From Spirochaetia bacterium (GTDB lineage: Bacteria; Spirochaetota; Spirochaetia; UBA9216): a DNA stretch of 64,000 bases. The position numbers and the translations under genes are program-made. The stretch spans positions 4,896,001-4,960,000 of the forward strand of contig OY776510.1 of the NCBI GenBank assembly GCA_963675665.1, given 5' to 3'. The notes beneath the pieces were generated by a model. It did no database searches. It had not been told where the DNA came from and saw only the letters and a program-made list of their open reading frames with translations. This document shows, one piece after another, positions 59,811-64,000 of this stretch. How positions within the stretch are numbered: position 1 is the first letter of the stretch; every line of letters starts with the position of its first letter.

Positions 59811-62800
59811 TCTTTGCCTCCGTAAAGAGTTCCATAAAGCGCGGGAATAAAAACAAGTGCAGTAACAGTTGAAAAAATAAGCCCGAACACAATGGTCGTG
59901 GCCATCGGCTGCCATACAACCGATCTGCCTCCGATACCTGCAGCTGTAGGGAGAAGCCCCGCTATTGTTGTAACGGACGTCAGAATTATCGGGCGCAAAC
60001 GGGTTGAAGCCGCTTCTGTTACCGCTTCTGAAACCTTTTTACGCTGCTCCCGCAGCTCGTTGATAAAACTCACAAGCACAATTGAATCGTTAACTGCAAT
60101 TCCGGCCAGAGCCACCCCCGCGTAGAGAACAGTGGTTGAAAAAGGGGTTCCTGAAACAGCAAGGTAAAGAATTACCCCGGCAAAAGAGAAGGGAACAGTA
60201 AGCATAATCAGTACCGGCTGTGTAAATGATTTAAACTGGGCCCCGAGGATCAGGTATATAAGGAAAACACCTATCAGGAAAAGTCTCAAAATCTGGATAA
60301 TCAGGTTGGACAGCTCGGCAAATTCTCCGCCGATTTTCAGACTGATATCCGGATAAAGAGAACTTGCTTCAGTATTGAAATACGCCTCGATTTCCCTGTT
60401 TATCCCGGGAACAAGATCATCGTCATAAGCATCTGCAGAGATTGTTATCTCTCTTTTTCCGTCTACCCGTTTAATTGACGACACACCCTTGTCCTGAATT
60501 ATATTTCCTATTGCGCTGACGGGAATCAGACGTCCGTCTTTTGTTGGAATCTTCATCTGCCTGATTGTTTCAAAACCGGCTGTTTCGTCAGGGTTATATC
60601 CGACTACAACATCTATCTCTTCATTATTTCTGAACAGAGTCGTTGCCGTGATACCGTCGTATGACGCCCTGATATAATTCCCGATTTCCAGCGCCGACAG
60701 GCCGAGTTCACTCGCCCTCTCCCCGTTTATCCTCAGCCTGGCTTCGGGTTTTCCAACCTCAAGGTTATCTTTTACGTTTATCAGGTTGCCGGACTCGCGA
60801 AGTTTTTGCTGAAGCATACCGGAAACCAGCTGCAGATGTTCATAATTATCTCCTTCAATCCTTATATTAAAAGCCTGTTCAACAGGCGGTCCGTTCGCGG
60901 CTTTTCTGAAAAGGACCTGTTCCGGGCCGGGAACTTCAAGAACTGCAGTCCTGGTATCATCCATTATGCGTGCAATGGAACGTTTTCTGCCTTCGCTTCT
61001 TTCAGTCAGATCAACAGTAATCTGGGCGATGTTATTGCCGGTTGTATTGCCGGAACTCCCCCCGGCAAAACCTATGCTGGAGGTTACGGACACTATTTCG
61101 TCGTTACCGATAAACGGTTTTATTTTATCTTCAATCTTCGAGACAACCTCTGTGGTCTTTTCAAGGGTAGTTCCCGGTACCATTTCAATATCAATATAGA
61201 ATAGCGAATAATCCTCGGCGCTGAAAAGGTCCTGTCCGAGAAACGGGACAAGCGAAACTGAACCGACAAAGAAAACGGCAAATATAATCAGCACTGTTTT
61301 TTTACGTCTGTAAACAGAAGCTACAAACTTCTCATAAGCATTTCGGAATGCGACAAACCAGTCTTCTTTTCTCTTTCTGTGCCCTCCCGGCCATTCGGCA
61401 TAATGATTGGGAATAAAAAAGATTGCTTCGAAGGTTGACGCTGCAAGCGCTATGGATACCGTCAGGGGAATAACTCTCAAAAACTTCCCTATTGTTCCCG
61501 GAAGTATCATCAAAGGAAGAAAAGCCGCAACCGTTGTAGCTGTTGCCGCAATTATCGGGACTACAACCTGGTTTACACCCTTAACGGCAGCATCGGATCG
61601 CTTGAGCCCGGCCTGCTGAAACCGGTAACTGTTCTCAATAATAACTATTGCATGATCAACTATAAGTCCCAGCACCAGAACAAGTCCAAAAAGGGTATTG
61701 GTATTAAAGGTCTCACCAAGGTAATCGAGAATAATAAAAGTTATGGCAAATGTGACCGGAATTCCGATTGCCGTCATCAGCGCATTTCTCAATCCTATAA
61801 AAAAGAAGAGGATCAGCACCAGCAGAAAAAGTCCAAGCAAAGCATTGTTAAGCAGAACCCCTATACTGTTGCTTATTTGAACGGTAGAGTCATTCTGAAC
61901 AGTGAAGCTGATTCCCGGGTAATTCGATTCATCCATATTCTCAATTATTGATTTAACACCGTCAGCAACAGTAACCGAGTTGCCGCCGGGAACTTTTGCA
62001 ACCCTGAGAATTACAGCTTTTTCCGAATTAAATCTTGCATAATTGCCGTCACGTTCATAATCTTCAACGACCTCTGCCAGGTCTGAAATTCTCAGTGAAC
62101 CGGAACCGGTATTTCTTCTGACAATCAGGTTCGAGAGATCTCCGGCATCTACAACTTCCCCGATAGTCCTGAGCAGATATTCCCTGTCCGAATCGGAAAA
62201 GCTTCCGCCCGGGAAATTCCCGGCATTGGATTGCACAGCCTGAATAATCTCGTTCAGGGAAATTCCCAGGGCTTCCATTCTCGGTTTCTCGGCATTAATA
62301 AAGATCTTCTTTTCCCGCCGGCCTACAGCTTCAACACCTGACACATCAGTGATATTTTCTATCCTGCCGCTTATCGCAGCGGCAGCGGAGACAAGCCCTG
62401 CATATTCAACATCGCCGTAGATTACCGCTTCGATTACAGGGAGAAAATCCGATGACGAAAAATCATCAACCAGAGGGTTCAGGGTTCCGTCCGGCAAATC
62501 CACTCCGGAAAGTCGGGTCTGTACATCCTGAAATAACGTTTTAAACTGCCGGTCATCAATTCCGTCGTCAAATTCAATCCTTATAACGCTTAATCCTTCG
62601 CTGCTCACAGACTGAATGCGTTTAAGATCATCCAGCCCGTCCATCTCGTTCTCGATTCGAATCGTAACCGAAGCTTCAACATCCTCTGCAGAAACTCCCG
62701 GGTACGGAACAATTATATTGGCCCAGTAAAAGGGAACTTCCGAAAACTGTTCGCGCGGAAGCTGCAGCATACTGAATGCACCGAGAACAAGCAGGGTCAC

Positions 62801-62854
62801 CATCAGAATGGTCAACAGAACATTATTCGATACTGAAAATTTACCTATGTTCAT
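59807..62854 (-). CDS. RND efflux permease (AcrB/AcrD/AcrF family)
   Basis: YPGVSAEDVE, GLIVDHAIVIIEN, GIAVNDSIVLV, RLRPIILTSVTT. Confidence 0.93.
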   Translation of the reverse strand: MNIGKFSVSNNVLLTILMVTLLVLGAFSMLQLPREQFSEVPFYWANIIVPYPGVSAEDVEASVTIRIENEMDGLDDLKRIQSVSSEGLSVIRIEFDDGIDDRQFKTLFQDVQTRLSGVDLPDGTLNPLVDDFSSSDFLPVIEAVIYGDVEYAGLVSAAAAISGRIENITDVSGVEAVGRREKKIFINAEKPRMEALGISLNEIIQAVQSNAGNFPGGSFSDSDREYLLRTIGEVVDAGDLSNLIVRRNTGSGSLRISDLAEVVEDYERDGNYARFNSEKAVILRVAKVPGGNSVTVADGVKSIIENMDESNYPGISFTVQNDSTVQISNSIGVLLNNALLGLFLLVLILFFFIGLRNALMTAIGIPVTFAITFIILDYLGETFNTNTLFGLVLVLGLIVDHAIVIIENSYRFQQAGLKRSDAAVKGVNQVVVPIIAATATTVAAFLPLMILPGTIGKFLRVIPLTVSIALAASTFEAIFFIPNHYAEWPGGHRKRKEDWFVAFRNAYEKFVASVYRRKKTVLIIFAVFFVGSVSLVPFLGQDLFSAEDYSLFYIDIEMVPGTTLEKTTEVVSKIEDKIKPFIGNDEIVSVTSSIGFAGGSSGNTTGNNIAQITVDLTERSEGRKRSIARIMDDTRTAVLEVPGPEQVLFRKAANGPPVEQAFNIRIEGDNYEHLQLVSGMLQQKLRESGNLINVKDNLEVGKPEARLRINGERASELGLSALEIGNYIRASYDGITATTLFRNNEEIDVVVGYNPDETAGFETIRQMKIPTKDGRLIPVSAIGNIIQDKGVSSIKRVDGKREITISADAYDDDLVPGINREIEAYFNTEASSLYPDISLKIGGEFAELSNLIIQILRLFLIGVFLIYLILGAQFKSFTQPVLIMLTVPFSFAGVILYLAVSGTPFSTTVLYAGVALAGIAVNDSIVLVSFINELREQRKKVSEAVTEAASTRLRPIILTSVTTIAGLLPTAAGIGGRSVVWQPMATTIVFGLIFSTVTALVFIPALYGTLYGGKE

Positions 62855-63942
62855 TCACGACCTCCCGCGCCCGCTGGAAAACTCGGGATAACAGCTGCAC
62901 CGTCGCTCAGACTTTTCAAGCCTGAAGCAACAACAGATTCGCCGGCGTCAATACCGTCAACGACTTCCAGCCTGTTGCCGGAGACTGTTCCTGGTTTGAT
63001 TTTCCTGAGTATAGCCGTATTTTCTTCTATAATGTAAACATATTTATCCGGGCCGATATCAAACACGGAGGATGCCGGGATTATAATCGCGGTAGGGTTA
63101 TCGGCAAGATCGATAGACACATCTGCTGAAAATCCGGATCTTATGTCAACACCGTAAGGATTGGCCGCTTCTATAATAACGCGAAAACTGCCTGTACTTT
63201 TATCACTCGACAGGGCTATTGCGGCAACCTGTCCTTCAAGCTGCTTCGATCCGGTTTCAATAAGCGCTTTTGCCCCCTGCTTTATTCTTCTGACTTCATC
63301 ATCACCAAGGAACAAATCAACCTTTATACCTGACAAGTCTATTACCCTGCCTATACGGGCGCCTTCGCTGATATAATTACCGATTCCTATACTGCTTTCC
63401 ATATCGGCAAGATACCCGTCGAACGGAGCTTTAACAACGGTATTCTGATAACGCTTGACGGCATCCCTGTACAATGCTTCGGCCCCGGCAAACTGCCCCT
63501 GGACCCGAACCAGTTCAGCCTCGCTTGCACTTCCTCCGTCATAGGCGCGTTTAACCGAGTTGTAATCAATTTCGGCGCTTCTGAACTGCTGTTCAGCCTG
63601 AAGCATCGACAGCTTCGCGACATTGCTGTCTACACCGAGAACAGCATCACCCTTATCAATAAAACTTCCTATTTCAGCATAAACTTCAACTATATTTCCT
63701 CTTGTTTCCGAAATAATTACCGCCTCATTCTTTCCGCGGATAAGTCCCGATGCATTAATGGTTGATATAGCCATACCGTACTGAGCCTTCACAGCCTCGA
63801 CAGCCACTCCGGGTTCTTCCGGTATATATAAAGATGCAGCTGTGCCTACGTCTGAAGAACCGGCCCTGTTTATATAAAGGAAGATCCCGACAGCAACCAC
63901 AATTATTATAACTACTATTATTACAACACGTCCGACTTTCAT
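62851..63942 (-). CDS. RND periplasmic adaptor (membrane fusion protein)
   Basis: N-terminal TM helix, KAPFDG, IIIPASSV, lipoyl-like halves. Confidence 0.9.
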   Translation of the reverse strand: MKVGRVVIIVVIIIVVAVGIFLYINRAGSSDVGTAASLYIPEEPGVAVEAVKAQYGMAISTINASGLIRGKNEAVIISETRGNIVEVYAEIGSFIDKGDAVLGVDSNVAKLSMLQAEQQFRSAEIDYNSVKRAYDGGSASEAELVRVQGQFAGAEALYRDAVKRYQNTVVKAPFDGYLADMESSIGIGNYISEGARIGRVIDLSGIKVDLFLGDDEVRRIKQGAKALIETGSKQLEGQVAAIALSSDKSTGSFRVIIEAANPYGVDIRSGFSADVSIDLADNPTAIIIPASSVFDIGPDKYVYIIEENTAILRKIKPGTVSGNRLEVVDGIDAGESVVASGLKSLSDGAAVIPSFPAGAGGRE

Positions 63943-64000
63943 TAATCAGTCCTCCTGCTTTTATTTTATTAAAAAAGCTCAATTAAATGATAATACCACT

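Overview
Bacterial chromosomal window, probably from an anaerobic spirochaete (inferred from Spirochaeta-style solute-binding-protein N-termini such as FSGGQKE/FSAGQNE, a TolC/RND pump and fermentative genes). In order it holds: glpK (partial); an RNA m5U methyltransferase; an AT-richer ~20 kb two-operon sugar/sugar-acid catabolic island with near-identical twin LacI genes and paralogous promoter-operators; an M23 peptidase; a PAS-GGDEF-HD-GYP protein; a GABA/4-hydroxybutyrate-to-acetyl-CoA cluster; a split cobalamin methionine synthase; a Na+/solute symporter; a type I R-M locus carrying DUF3800 plus a putative downstream ncRNA and a decayed AlbA_2 gene with VNTRs; tandem moeA genes; a CIA30 protein; a class II photolyase; and an RND efflux system. 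The most striking signal is two apparently identical 1382-bp IS110-family elements. Their upstream non-coding region folds like a bridge/seek RNA whose putative target guides spell a Shine-Dalgarno plus start codon (TAGGAG + TAAAAATG), and both copies sit at a gene's SD and rebuild it. Five short structured intergenic elements, several with IS-like ends, sit in front of ribosome-binding sites. They share constant-length hairpins with variable stems, and four carry CsrA-site-like C-AUGGAW-G loops on the antisense strand. All structures and alignments were read by eye, not computed.
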